This document shows positions 45,830 to 54,729 of a stretch of 64,000 nt of DNA, in pieces. Below the pieces are notes generated by a model. That model searched no databases. It saw nothing but the letters and a program-made list of their open reading frames with translations, and was not told the DNA's origin. Within the stretch, counting starts at the first letter, position 1. Every line of letters starts with the position of its first letter. The position numbers were made by a program, and so were the translations under genes. Where the stretch lies: the NCBI GenBank assembly GCA_964291285.2, contig OZ219789.1, forward strand, positions 192,001 through 256,000. Reading direction: 5' to 3'. The stretch comes from Alphaproteobacteria bacterium. GTDB taxonomy: Bacteria > Pseudomonadota > Alphaproteobacteria > Bin95.

Positions 45830-46585
45830 CGAGATCGGGCGAGGTTGCCCTGCACACCACCATCTCCTGAAACGCCAGCGTCACAAGGGACGGGAGCCGT
45901 CGCGGCGATTGAGCGAGACGACCGGTCCGCGATCTTCGAGCGCGTTCCGCGTTGTCGTCCGGTCGCAGAGGTAACAGAACGCGGCGCGGCGTGCAAACGG
46001 CGGAGGGCAGTCTTCACACATGGCGCACCGGAGCCGGCGGCGTTACCTCGGCGGCACGGGCGCCGCCGCACATGTTCCGCGGAGCCGAAGGACGCCGCGC
46101 ACATGTTACCGCGATGCAAGCGTGCTCGACGAAAGCGGGGCTGTTCAGGGTGATCGCGTGCTGCTCACACATTACCGCAGACGCAGACGGGGATGGCGCA
46201 CCCGTTACCGCGGCTTCAGCCGCGCGGGTGCGGTGACGGTTGCGATAGCCGTTGCGATCGGAGGCGCCGACGGCGGCGCCTGCACGACTGCGGGCAGCGG
46301 TGCGAAGCACGGTGTCGTGCCGGTCCGGCAGCAGCGCCGGCAGTGGGCGGGTCAGCAGTGCCTGCGGCACTGCGCCGGGCCCGGCGCAGCCCGCGATGCA
46401 CCCATGCGAAGCATGGTGCAGCGGCGCGTGACGCGGCAGCCCCGGATCGCAGTCCGGGGCAGGCTCCTCACGAACGCGGCGCGAAGCGCGCGCGAGGCGT
46501 AGCTGTCGCGCGACGGGTGTGCGCATACGGAGACGGACCGCGCCGCCGCCGGAGCGGAGACGACGCGGCCCGTGGGTGCTGCGTG

Positions 46586-47512
46586 TCAGGCGGCGCAGCG
46601 CATGACCGGGATGCCGAACTGCTTCGCCTTGTCGACGAGGTTGTCGGTGATGCCGGAGCCGGGGAAGGCGATGACGCCCTTGGGCAGGAGGTTGAGCAGT
46701 TCGTCGTTGCGGCGGAAGGGTGCGGCGCGTCCGTGGCGGTCCCAGTCGGGCTTGCAGACGACCTGGTGGACGCCGTTGCGCTCTGCCCAGCGCGCCGCGA
46801 TCTTCTCGACGCCGGGACCGCCGCCATGCACGAGCACGAGGTCGGCATACCTGGCGCGGACCTTGTCGAGGCGCTCGATGACTGCCGCCGGGTTTGCGAT
46901 GTCCTTTCCGCCGGCGATGGCGACCAGTGTGCCCTGGGGCAGGTGAGCCTGTGTCTTGCGGTCCTTTCGGGCGCGGACGAAGTCGCGGGCGTCGATGGCA
47001 GCGGAGGTCAGATGTCCGGTCTGGCTGGCGTGGCTGCCGCGCCGGGGCCGCCATGTGTCGCCGGTGTCTGCGCGGTAGGCTTCAGCGGCTTCGTCGCGCA
47101 AGGTCTCGAAGGCGTCGCGGCGTGCGGTGAGGCACTGTGCGCGGTCGGTCGTGAGTTCCAGTTCGAGGGACCTGATCTCGGAGCCGTCCTGGGTGCGCTG
47201 GAGGTCCTGGAGTTCGGGGATGAGCCTGTCGGCAGCGCGGTCGAGGCGCTGCGTCTGGGCGTGGAGCATGTTGACGAAGCCCCAGAGCAGGCTCTCGCGT
47301 TCGTCTGCCATCTGGTATCCGTCGGGCGCGACGCCCTGGCTGAGGATGCGGAAGGCTTCGGTGACGGCGGCGATGGCCTCGTCTTCGTCCCAGACCTCGC
47401 GGTTGTCGAACTCGTCGCGCTCCGGGGTTGCGCCGAAGAGAGCGGCGTTGTCGCAGACGATCGCGGTTGCGGACTGCGCTGCGGTTTCGGTGATGTCGGT
47501 ATGGAAGGTCAT
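46586..47512 (-). CDS. DUF2493 (YspA/SLOG-like) domain protein typical of alphaproteobacterial conjugative elements
   Basis: LLWGFVN, TGDTWRPRRGS, VAIAGG, LVHGG, HGRAAPFRRND, AFPGSGI. Confidence 0.8.
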   Translation of the reverse strand: MTFHTDITETAAQSATAIVCDNAALFGATPERDEFDNREVWDEDEAIAAVTEAFRILSQGVAPDGYQMADERESLLWGFVNMLHAQTQRLDRAADRLIPELQDLQRTQDGSEIRSLELELTTDRAQCLTARRDAFETLRDEAAEAYRADTGDTWRPRRGSHASQTGHLTSAAIDARDFVRARKDRKTQAHLPQGTLVAIAGGKDIANPAAVIERLDKVRARYADLVLVHGGGPGVEKIAARWAERNGVHQVVCKPDWDRHGRAAPFRRNDELLNLLPKGVIAFPGSGITDNLVDKAKQFGIPVMRCAA

Positions 47513-47900
47513 GTCGTTTTCCTTTCGGTTTCACGTTCGGGGCCGATCCCCGCTGTGATGTCCTGTCGGGACACGCGCGCGGACCGCAGCCACCGGGGCC
47601 GGAATGAATGGCCTGGCGGGATGCGCGAGTGGTGCGGGCGCACAAGCGAGCGTGAGCGAGTGCGGAGCCACGGTCGCGCATCCCGCCAGGCCTAGGCGCT
47701 TGCGCCGTTTCATTCCGAGTCCCGGCCGGAACGGAGCGCCAGCGGAGTGGAGGACCCCGCAGGGGTTGGCGGAGGGAGCACGTGTGGCACGATTGGAGAT
47801 CACAGCGGGGTGGCGTATTTCTCTCGCCCTGCACGGACCCCATCGTCGTTTCGTCCCGGCACGGCGCCGGGAAGGATTTCCGGCCCTGCCCGCCTTTGCG

Positions 47901-48128
47901 TCAGTTCCACAGGGGATGGGAGTCGACCCGCTGCCGGGCGGTCTCGCGGATGCGGGCGCGGTCGTGGAGATAGACGGGCCCGCGCGGGTCTTCGTCGAGG
48001 TGTATGGCGAACACCCTGCGCCCCGGCCGGATGCTGTCGTCGAAGGCGTGGACGTCTCCGACATGGTCGCCGTCCCGGTAGATGCGGGATTCGTCGGGGG
48101 CAATGCGGCGGAAGGAGATGGTGCTCAT
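47901..48128 (-). CDS. Small hypothetical protein (75 aa)
   Basis: GGAGA RBS then MSTISFRRIAPDESRIY...HPLWN; co-oriented with ssb and DUF2493. Confidence 0.6.
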   Translation of the reverse strand: MSTISFRRIAPDESRIYRDGDHVGDVHAFDDSIRPGRRVFAIHLDEDPRGPVYLHDRARIRETARQRVDSHPLWN

Positions 48129-48187
48129 CGGGTTCTCCGGGTAGCGTGACGGGTGCGCGAGCGGGCTCCCTCTCCTCCTCGCGCGGT

Positions 48188-48742
48188 TCACCCGCTTTCC
48201 AGCCTCGCTCCCACTCCCGTATGCGCCGCGGCGAGACTCGAACCTGCCCGCATGAGAAAAGGGCCGGCGCGCGAGGCGCCGACCCTGTGGGGAGGGAAGA
48301 ACGGGAAGCTCTGGAACGGGATATGGTCGCCGTCCATCGGGTCGCCGCCGCCCGCCTCGTCCGGGCCGGGCTGCGCGGCGTTGCCGTTCGCCTTGTCGAG
48401 GAACTGCACGCGCCCACCCGGGACCAGCAGGATCTCGGTCGAGAAGCGGTCGGAGTCCTCGCCCGGCTTCGACCAGCGCCGGGTCTGGAGCTTGCCGTCG
48501 ATGTAGACCAGCCGGCCCTTCGTGGCGTGCCTGGCGAGCATGTCGATCAGCCCGTCCTGGAAGGTCACGACCCGGTGCCACTCGGTCCTGTCGATCCGCT
48601 CGCCGCTGCCGTTCCGGTCGATGTAGCTCTCGTCGGTGGCAACGCTCAGATTGGCCACGCGGCCGCCGTTCTGCAGGTGGTTGATGGTGACGTCCGCGCC
48701 GAGGCGGCCGATGATCTGCACCTTGTTCAGTCCGAATGCCAT
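48188..48742 (-). CDS. ssb: Single-stranded DNA-binding protein (mobile-element type)
   Basis: LNKVQIIGRLG, SVAT, TEWHRVV, VYIDGKLQTRRW, DGDHIPF; AAGGAG RBS. Confidence 0.9.
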   Translation of the reverse strand: MAFGLNKVQIIGRLGADVTINHLQNGGRVANLSVATDESYIDRNGSGERIDRTEWHRVVTFQDGLIDMLARHATKGRLVYIDGKLQTRRWSKPGEDSDRFSTEILLVPGGRVQFLDKANGNAAQPGPDEAGGGDPMDGDHIPFQSFPFFPPHRVGASRAGPFLMRAGSSLAAAHTGVGARLESG

Positions 48743-49324
48743 GACAATTCTCCTTCATGGACGAGTTGATGACGATGGGTTGCGAACGACCGGAGCCGGG
48801 GTCACTCCCCCGAACCCCCGCCCGTTCAATCTCTTCAGGCCCTGCTCCCCTCTATGCCGCCGGAGGGAGCGACGCCGCCGGGTTCCGGGGCTCCGCCGGG
48901 TCCTGGAGGGACATCCCGAACGCCGGTTCCGGGAAGAGGCTCGCGAAGCCGTGCTCCGGACAGGCCGCGCCCCTGTCGGGGCAGCTGTAGGTGACGGTCG
49001 TAAAAGGCGCTTATTTGCTGGCGTTGCGCGTTTTTGCGGGGCGTGATGATCGCAGTGATTGTGGCGCCGCGGTGTTTACGACGGGGGCCGGGGACGGAAG
49101 GAGGGCGTAGCCCGACTGGAGTCGCCGGCCCCCGTCGCGTTGATATTTTCGCCTGCCGAGGGGAGGGTGTCCTGGCGCTGTCGGCGAGGGTCGCCGGGCT
49201 GCGCGAGGGAGTAGACTCGGTCCGGTGAGAACGATGCCGCGCCGGCCCCGTTTGCTAGGTGGCAACGACCGGCGCGGCGGATCGCGGCCAGGCGAGCGCC
49301 GCCATCGCCGCCCGGGACAGTATG

Positions 49325-50260
49325 TCAGGTCCAGGCGGTGAAGGAGGCGGTGACGGGGGCGTCGGCGACGATCTCGACGCGGTTGCGGTCGAGCTTCCCG
49401 AAGGCGAGGCAGAGGGCGACATCGGCCGGATCGTCGAACGGGCCGTGCTCGCGGCCGGTCTCCAGTTCGATCACGGTCCAGACCGGCTCGTGGACCGGGA
49501 TGCCCCTGAAATGCGCCGACCCTTGATACGACCTCTCGGCACAGGGCGCACAGCGCGCGGCCCCCTGTGACGGCGCCCCGCAGGCCGTGCACAGGCCGGC
49601 GGCCCGGCGTCGGGCGTACAACTGCCGCGAGCGCGCGTTCTTGCGCTCCGGGTTGTGGCTGGCCTTTTCGATGGCGGCGCAGGGGCCGCAGCGCGAGAGG
49701 CCGTCGAAGGCCGGCTGCCCGCAGCGTGTGCAGCGGCCCGCGGTCCTGCGTTCGTCATATTGCCGCCGTTCCGCCGCCTGCCTCCTGTCCCTGCAGGGCT
49801 GGCAGGTGGTTCCGCACTCGACGGGGGGACGCTTGCCGCAGCGGATGCAGAGGCCGGCCCCGGTCCTTGCCTTCTGGCGGCGCCTGCTCTTGAGGCGGGC
49901 GGCCTTGCGTTTCGCCTCCGCATTGGCGCCGCCATAGGGCAGCCCGGCGGCCTTGCAGGCGGCGTAGCGGGCGCGGTCGTCCGCGCGGCGCTTCTCCAAA
50001 CATGCCTCGCACGACGCGCGGCCCTTCACGGCCGGCGCATTGCCGCAGCGGGTGCAGAGGCCTTTGGCGGCCCTTTGTTCCCTCTTGCTGCGAGTGCGCT
50101 GGCGCTCGGACTGCCGGACGGTTTCGGGTCTCTTCGCGGCGGACCCGGCGCAGACGCTGCGCCCCGGCGCGGGCGGGACCTTGCCGCAGCGCGGACACAG
50201 GCCTTGGGCGATACGCTTGCGCTCGCGGGCCTTGCGGACTTCCGGGTCCCGGCAAGCCAT
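49325..50260 (-). CDS. Basic hypothetical protein with five tandem Cys4 Zn-finger-like repeats (311 aa)
   Basis: G[LR]CxxCG-x(9-11)-CxxC five times with Arg-rich linkers; GAGGAG RBS 7 nt before ATG 50260. Confidence 0.7.
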   Translation of the reverse strand: MACRDPEVRKARERKRIAQGLCPRCGKVPPAPGRSVCAGSAAKRPETVRQSERQRTRSKREQRAAKGLCTRCGNAPAVKGRASCEACLEKRRADDRARYAACKAAGLPYGGANAEAKRKAARLKSRRRQKARTGAGLCIRCGKRPPVECGTTCQPCRDRRQAAERRQYDERRTAGRCTRCGQPAFDGLSRCGPCAAIEKASHNPERKNARSRQLYARRRAAGLCTACGAPSQGAARCAPCAERSYQGSAHFRGIPVHEPVWTVIELETGREHGPFDDPADVALCLAFGKLDRNRVEIVADAPVTASFTAWT

Positions 50261-50339
50261 GGCCATTCTCCTCGTCGATGATGCGGGGTCGGGCGGGAGA
50301 CGCCCGGCCGGCGGCGGGCCGGCCGGGCGTCCGGGACGA

Positions 50340-50666
50340 TCAGCCGCGCTGGCGGCGGTCGGCGAAGATCCCGAGGCTGCGCCAGCCCCACAGCTGCACC
50401 CCGCAATGCCGCAGTCTGACCCCCGTCGCGATGATGATCTCGTCCCGGGCCGGACGTATCTCCTCAAGCGCCTTCGCGGTGACGATCGTGCCCCGGGCCT
50501 TGCGACGGCCCTCGCATGCCGTGCCGCCGGACCGGACGGGAACGATCTCGCCGTCGGCCTTCGAGACGTAGCGTTCGACGACATAACGGTCGTCCTCAAG
50601 ACCGCCGCCGACGAAATGGATGAGATAGGTGCGCGCGTCGCCGCGCGGTGCGATTGCTGCCTGCAT
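50340..50666 (-). CDS. Hypothetical protein (108 aa); 3' two-thirds duplicated at 54417-54649
   Basis: AAGGAG RBS, MQAAIAPRGD...; co-oriented with the Zn-finger gene. Confidence 0.55.
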   Translation of the reverse strand: MQAAIAPRGDARTYLIHFVGGGLEDDRYVVERYVSKADGEIVPVRSGGTACEGRRKARGTIVTAKALEEIRPARDEIIIATGVRLRHCGVQLWGWRSLGIFADRRQRG

Positions 50667-50896
50667 CGTGCCGTGCTCCTTCGACAGGTGAATGGGAACG
50701 GCGGCAGCGCCCCCTCCCTCCGGAGCGCCGACCGCCGCCCCACTCACGGCCAGACCTCGCCTCCTGCCGGTGGAAGACGCGTGGATGGAGACGCCGGCAG
50801 GACGGCCATGCACCGGACAGGAGCGCGGCGCGAGTTGAAAAGCCACACCGGGCATCATAAAAGGAGGCATGAAGGCGGATGTGCGCGAGGCTCGGG

Positions 50897-51279
50897 TTGC
50901 AGACGTTCAAGACCAGGGCGTTCGCCCGTTTCGCCGACCGCGAGGGGCTGGAGGATGAGGCATTGTGCGAGGCCGTCCGGCGCGCCGGGGAGGGGCTGGT
51001 CGACGCCGACCTCGGTGGCGGCGTCATCAAGCAGCGCATCGCCCGCAAGGGCGGCGGCCGGTCCGGAGGGTTCCGCACGATCGTGCTGTTCCGTCGAGGC
51101 GAACTGGCGTTCTTCGTGCACGGGTTTGCGAAGAGCGCCCGGGCAACATCCGGCGCAAGGAACTTTCGGGGCTGCGATTGCTGGCAAACGAGTATCTGGC
51201 GCTGGATGCGGCGGGTCTTGCGGTCGCGCAGGCGACTGGATCGATAATCGAGGTGGAATGCGATGACCGGGCAGCATGA
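50897..51279 (+). pseudogene. RelE/HigB-2 family toxin with a frameshift at ~51140
   Basis: FKTRAFARFA, DADLGGGVIKQRIAR, GRSGGFRT, GFAKS in one frame; GNIRRKELSGLRLLA...IIEV in another (one G missing). Confidence 0.8.
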
Positions 51280-51580
51280 GAGCGAGGTGCTGGCTTCGGT
51301 GCACGAGGCGGCGCTCGGCCTGGCCGAAGCGGGCGTGATGTCGAAACGGACCATGCGGAAGTTCGACGAGATGTGCCTCACGCCCGTCAAGGAGATGACG
51401 CCGGAAGACATTCGCGCGCTTCGGCTGCGCGAGAACGCGAGCCAGGCGGTGTTCGCGCGCTACCTCAACGTGACGACGGGTCTTGTGAGCCAGTGGGAGC
51501 GCGGCGAGAAGCACCCCCGCGGCACCTCTCTGAAGCTGCTGACGCTGGTGGAGAAGAACGGTCTCGGTGCGGTCGCGTGA
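51263..51580 (+). CDS. XRE-family HTH antitoxin (HigA-2/YiaG-like)
   Basis: TMRKFDEMCL, IRALR, SQAVFARYLNV, VSQWERGEKHP. Confidence 0.88.
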   Translation: MTGQHESEVLASVHEAALGLAEAGVMSKRTMRKFDEMCLTPVKEMTPEDIRALRLRENASQAVFARYLNVTTGLVSQWERGEKHPRGTSLKLLTLVEKNGLGAVA

Positions 51581-51655
51581 AAACACGCACCGATCGCGCC
51601 TCCGCCCTGCGCAACCGGGGCGTACTCGAGTTCGACATGACCAGGCAGTTGCACC

Positions 51656-52417
51656 GTGGGCGCTGAATCGGCAATCGAGTGGACCGACGCAACGTGGAAT
51701 CCGGTGACGGGCTGCACGAAGATCACCCGCGGCTGTGACCACTGCTACGCGGAGCGCTTCGCCGAGCGATGGCGCGGTGTTCCCGGGCACCCCTATGAGC
51801 AGGGATTCGACCTGCGACAGTGGCCGTCGCGGCTCGATCAGCCCGCACGATGGCGCAAGCCGCGAATGATCTTCGTCAATTCCATGAGCGACCTGTTTCA
51901 CAAGAAGGTAGATCGGAGCTTTGTCGACAGCGTATTCGAAACGATGGAGGTCGTGGACAGGCACGTCTATCAGATCCTGACAAAACGCAGTTCGCTCATG
52001 AGGAACTACTTGCGACGCCGGTACGCCGACGGTTCGGCTCCCCACCACATATGGTGCGGAGTTTCCGTTGAAGACAGCTCGGCAACTGCAAGAATCGAAC
52101 ATTTGCGAACGGCGCCGGCGGCGGTGCGGTTCCTCTCGATTGAGCCGCTCCTGGGTCCCGTCGGAAACATCGACCTGGACGGGATTTCCTGGGTGATTGT
52201 AGGAGGAGAAAGCGGCCCGCAGGCCCGACCCATGCAACCGGAATGGGTCCGGGACATCCGCGACCTCTGCGCACGTGCTGGCGTGCCGTTCTTCTTCAAG
52301 CAGTGGGGCGGGCAAACGCCGAAGGCCGGCGGCCGCAAGCTGGAGGGAATGGAGCATAACGCAATGCCCGGGCTACTGACCGAGAAGGACGACCATGCCG
52401 TTCAAATGGCACCCTGA
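51656..52417 (+). CDS. DUF5131 (phage Gp37/Gp68) three-Cys-motif, radical-SAM-like protein
   Basis: SAIEWTDATWNPVTGCTKITRGCDHCYA, FVNSMSDLFH, QILTKR, FLSIEPLLG, WVIVGGESG, FFFKQWGG. Confidence 0.9.
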   Translation: MGAESAIEWTDATWNPVTGCTKITRGCDHCYAERFAERWRGVPGHPYEQGFDLRQWPSRLDQPARWRKPRMIFVNSMSDLFHKKVDRSFVDSVFETMEVVDRHVYQILTKRSSLMRNYLRRRYADGSAPHHIWCGVSVEDSSATARIEHLRTAPAAVRFLSIEPLLGPVGNIDLDGISWVIVGGESGPQARPMQPEWVRDIRDLCARAGVPFFFKQWGGQTPKAGGRKLEGMEHNAMPGLLTEKDDHAVQMAP

Positions 52418-53648
52418 CGACCCACCGCCGTCCATCGAACCGCATAGCAAGGCGAAACTGGAGGTTTTGCGCAGCTATCTTCGAGCGTACTACGACAGGC
52501 TGAACGTGAATCCCGTCCGAGAGGAGTTCAAGCTAGACCTTATTGACGGGTTTGCGGGCGGAGGTCTATTCCTTGATGAAACTGCCGAAGTTTCGGGCAC
52601 ACCCTTGGTCATGCTCGAAGAAACCGAAAGGGCGAGCGTCCGGCTAAACAAGAAGCGCGCGAAACAACTTCACATCGATTGCAGGTTCTGTTTTGTCGAT
52701 AAGGAGGAGGCGCATACGGACCATCTGCGAAAGATCATCAGAGAGCGTGGCCATCGCGTCGATGATGACAGGATCGTCATCAGAAACGGCCTCTTCGAGA
52801 ATGAGGTCGAGGGCATCATCAATTCAGTTCGACAGCGGCAACCCCGTTCCGGGCGCGCGATTTTCCTTCTCGACCAGACCGGGTTCTCGCAGGTGCAACT
52901 CTCGCTCGTGTCTCGGATTTTTAGTGAGTTGCCAGCGGCCGAAGTGATACTGACTTTTGCAGCCGATGCTCTCGTCAACCACTTGGCGGAAACTCCACAG
53001 ATCGCCAAGATGGCAGTACCGCTTCAGTTGACCGATTCGCAGATTTATGACCTGATCCGGAAAAGAGACGGAGACGGCGGCAGAGCGCTTGTGCAAAGAA
53101 CGCTGCGCAACCACGTCCGGATAGTAACCGGCGCAATCTACGATACGCCTTTTTTCATTCGGCCACGGCAGTCAAGGCGCGCTTTATGGTTTCTCCATCT
53201 TTCAAGGCACCCAACGGCGCGCGACGTGATGATTCAACGGCATTGGGACATTCAGAATACCTTCGAACACTACGGACGGGGGGATTTCGGTATGTTGGGC
53301 TGGGATGCCTTGAAGAACTCGGATACCCTTCCGTTGTTCCAGTTCGGTGAACTCGATGAGAGGCAAATGCGAACGGAGCTGTTGGACTCTCTTCCTCGGG
53401 AGCTGTCCGGGCTGGTGTCTGAACACCCTGTCACCATGGACGCCGTGCGGCATATGCTTGCGAACCGGACGGCTGCGCGATTCTCCGATCTGGATCAAGT
53501 CATTGTGAGGCTCGTGCGGGAAGGAGAGTTCGAAATCGTCAATGAGGAAGGCAAGGTGAGGCCTCGGTCAGTTCAGCGATTGGCTCCAACAGATCGTTTG
53601 GCGCTTCCGTCCACGCTGTTGCTCCCGGGGCTGTCTCGCCGAGCATGA
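52395..53648 (+). CDS. tcmP: Three-Cys-motif partner protein (methyltransferase-like fold plus C-terminal domain)
   Basis: IEPHSKAKLEVLRSYL, IDGFAGGG SAM-binding-like loop, GTPL, IFLLDQTGFS; overlaps the DUF5131 gene. Confidence 0.8.
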   Translation: MPFKWHPDDPPPSIEPHSKAKLEVLRSYLRAYYDRLNVNPVREEFKLDLIDGFAGGGLFLDETAEVSGTPLVMLEETERASVRLNKKRAKQLHIDCRFCFVDKEEAHTDHLRKIIRERGHRVDDDRIVIRNGLFENEVEGIINSVRQRQPRSGRAIFLLDQTGFSQVQLSLVSRIFSELPAAEVILTFAADALVNHLAETPQIAKMAVPLQLTDSQIYDLIRKRDGDGGRALVQRTLRNHVRIVTGAIYDTPFFIRPRQSRRALWFLHLSRHPTARDVMIQRHWDIQNTFEHYGRGDFGMLGWDALKNSDTLPLFQFGELDERQMRTELLDSLPRELSGLVSEHPVTMDAVRHMLANRTAARFSDLDQVIVRLVREGEFEIVNEEGKVRPRSVQRLAPTDRLALPSTLLLPGLSRRA

Positions 53649-53796
53649 AACATCGTAAGCAACGAATTGGATCTGTGCAGGTCCTTGCACCGGGGTGCAT
53701 CGTTGAATCCACGGATCCGCGAGTGGGATATCCGCGCGTATGCGATAGCCACACAGGCGGCGTCCGGGCGGTCGTGGCGCATTTGAGGCGCGTGCC

Positions 53797-54345
53797 ATGA
53801 CAGTGGCCCGGATGAACCTCGAACTTGCGGAGAGACCGAGCGCGCGTATCATCCTTGTGCGCATCCGCGGGGAAAGCCGCGATGAGGCCGAGAAGGGACG
53901 CTGGTTCGAACAGTTGTTCATGCGGGTTGCGCTTCAGGAGCCGGAATTGTTGAGACTAAGGGCATCTGGCGCCGGGCAGAGTGGCCCGAGCGTGAGACGC
54001 TCACCGGTCTTGATGGACGAGATATCGGGATCGATCTGATGGCGCGGGGCACCTCTGGTGAGTGGGTCGCCATTCAGTGCAAGCGCTATGACGACCGGCA
54101 TGTACTCGGCAAGAGCGGGATCGACAAGTTTCTCGGCGACTCGCAGCAGCCAGTCTTCCGACTGCGGTGGGTCATGGCGACTTGCAGTTGGGGGCCGAAT
54201 GCGAAGCGTGCGATCCAGATTGCCCATCCCGAAATCAGGCAGATCGACTTCAGGCAGTATCTCGACATTCAGGTCAAGGAGCAGGGTGCAAAACGCCCGG
54301 CGCAGGAGCCATGGCCGCTCCAGGCCGATGCGATAGATGCTGCTC
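53797..54345 (+). pseudogene. N-terminal relic of a Type ISP-like restriction enzyme (Mrr-like nuclease plus start of helicase)
   Basis: EKGRWFEQL, (frameshift) GLDGRDIGIDLMAR, WVAIQCKRY, IDKFL, PWPLQADAID Q-motif, then truncation. Confidence 0.7.
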
Positions 54346-54416
54346 CGGGTCGGGGTGGAATACGGCTGGCGGAGGTCAGGCCGGCGGTGGACCGCGTCGG
54401 GCCGGCAGGACGTCCA

Positions 54417-54649
54417 GACGATCAGCCGCGCTGGCGGCGGTCGGCGAAGATCCCGAGGCTGCGCCAGCCCCACAGCTGCACCCCGCAATGCCGCAGCCTG
54501 ACCCCCGTCGCGATGATGATCTCGTCCCGGGCCGGCCGCATCTCCTCAAGCGCCTTCGCGGTGACGATCGTGCCCCGGGCCTTGCGACGGCCCTTGCGTG
54601 CCGTGCCGCCAGACTGGACGAGAACGATCTCGCCGTCGGCCTTCGAGAC
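54417..54649. repeat. 233-bp direct repeat of 50335-50567
   Basis: Hand alignment gives about 8 mismatches and no indels. Confidence 0.9.
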
Positions 54650-54729
54650 ATGGCTCGCGCCCGAAGCGGTGTGGTCGATGCCGATCCGGGCGGCGGCGTG
54701 ATATGGCGTCGGGTGATGGAGAGGGCCGC

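Noticed and set aside
44424-45884. 486-aa minus-strand ORF and other ORFs in 45.4-46.5 kb
   Set aside because: Low-complexity Arg/Pro/Ser translations that cross an IS boundary and overlap the RHH gene; probably non-coding.
46014-46213. Degenerate repeats as a mini-CRISPR
   Set aside because: The repeats are too short (~16 bp) and too divergent, and the spacing is irregular.
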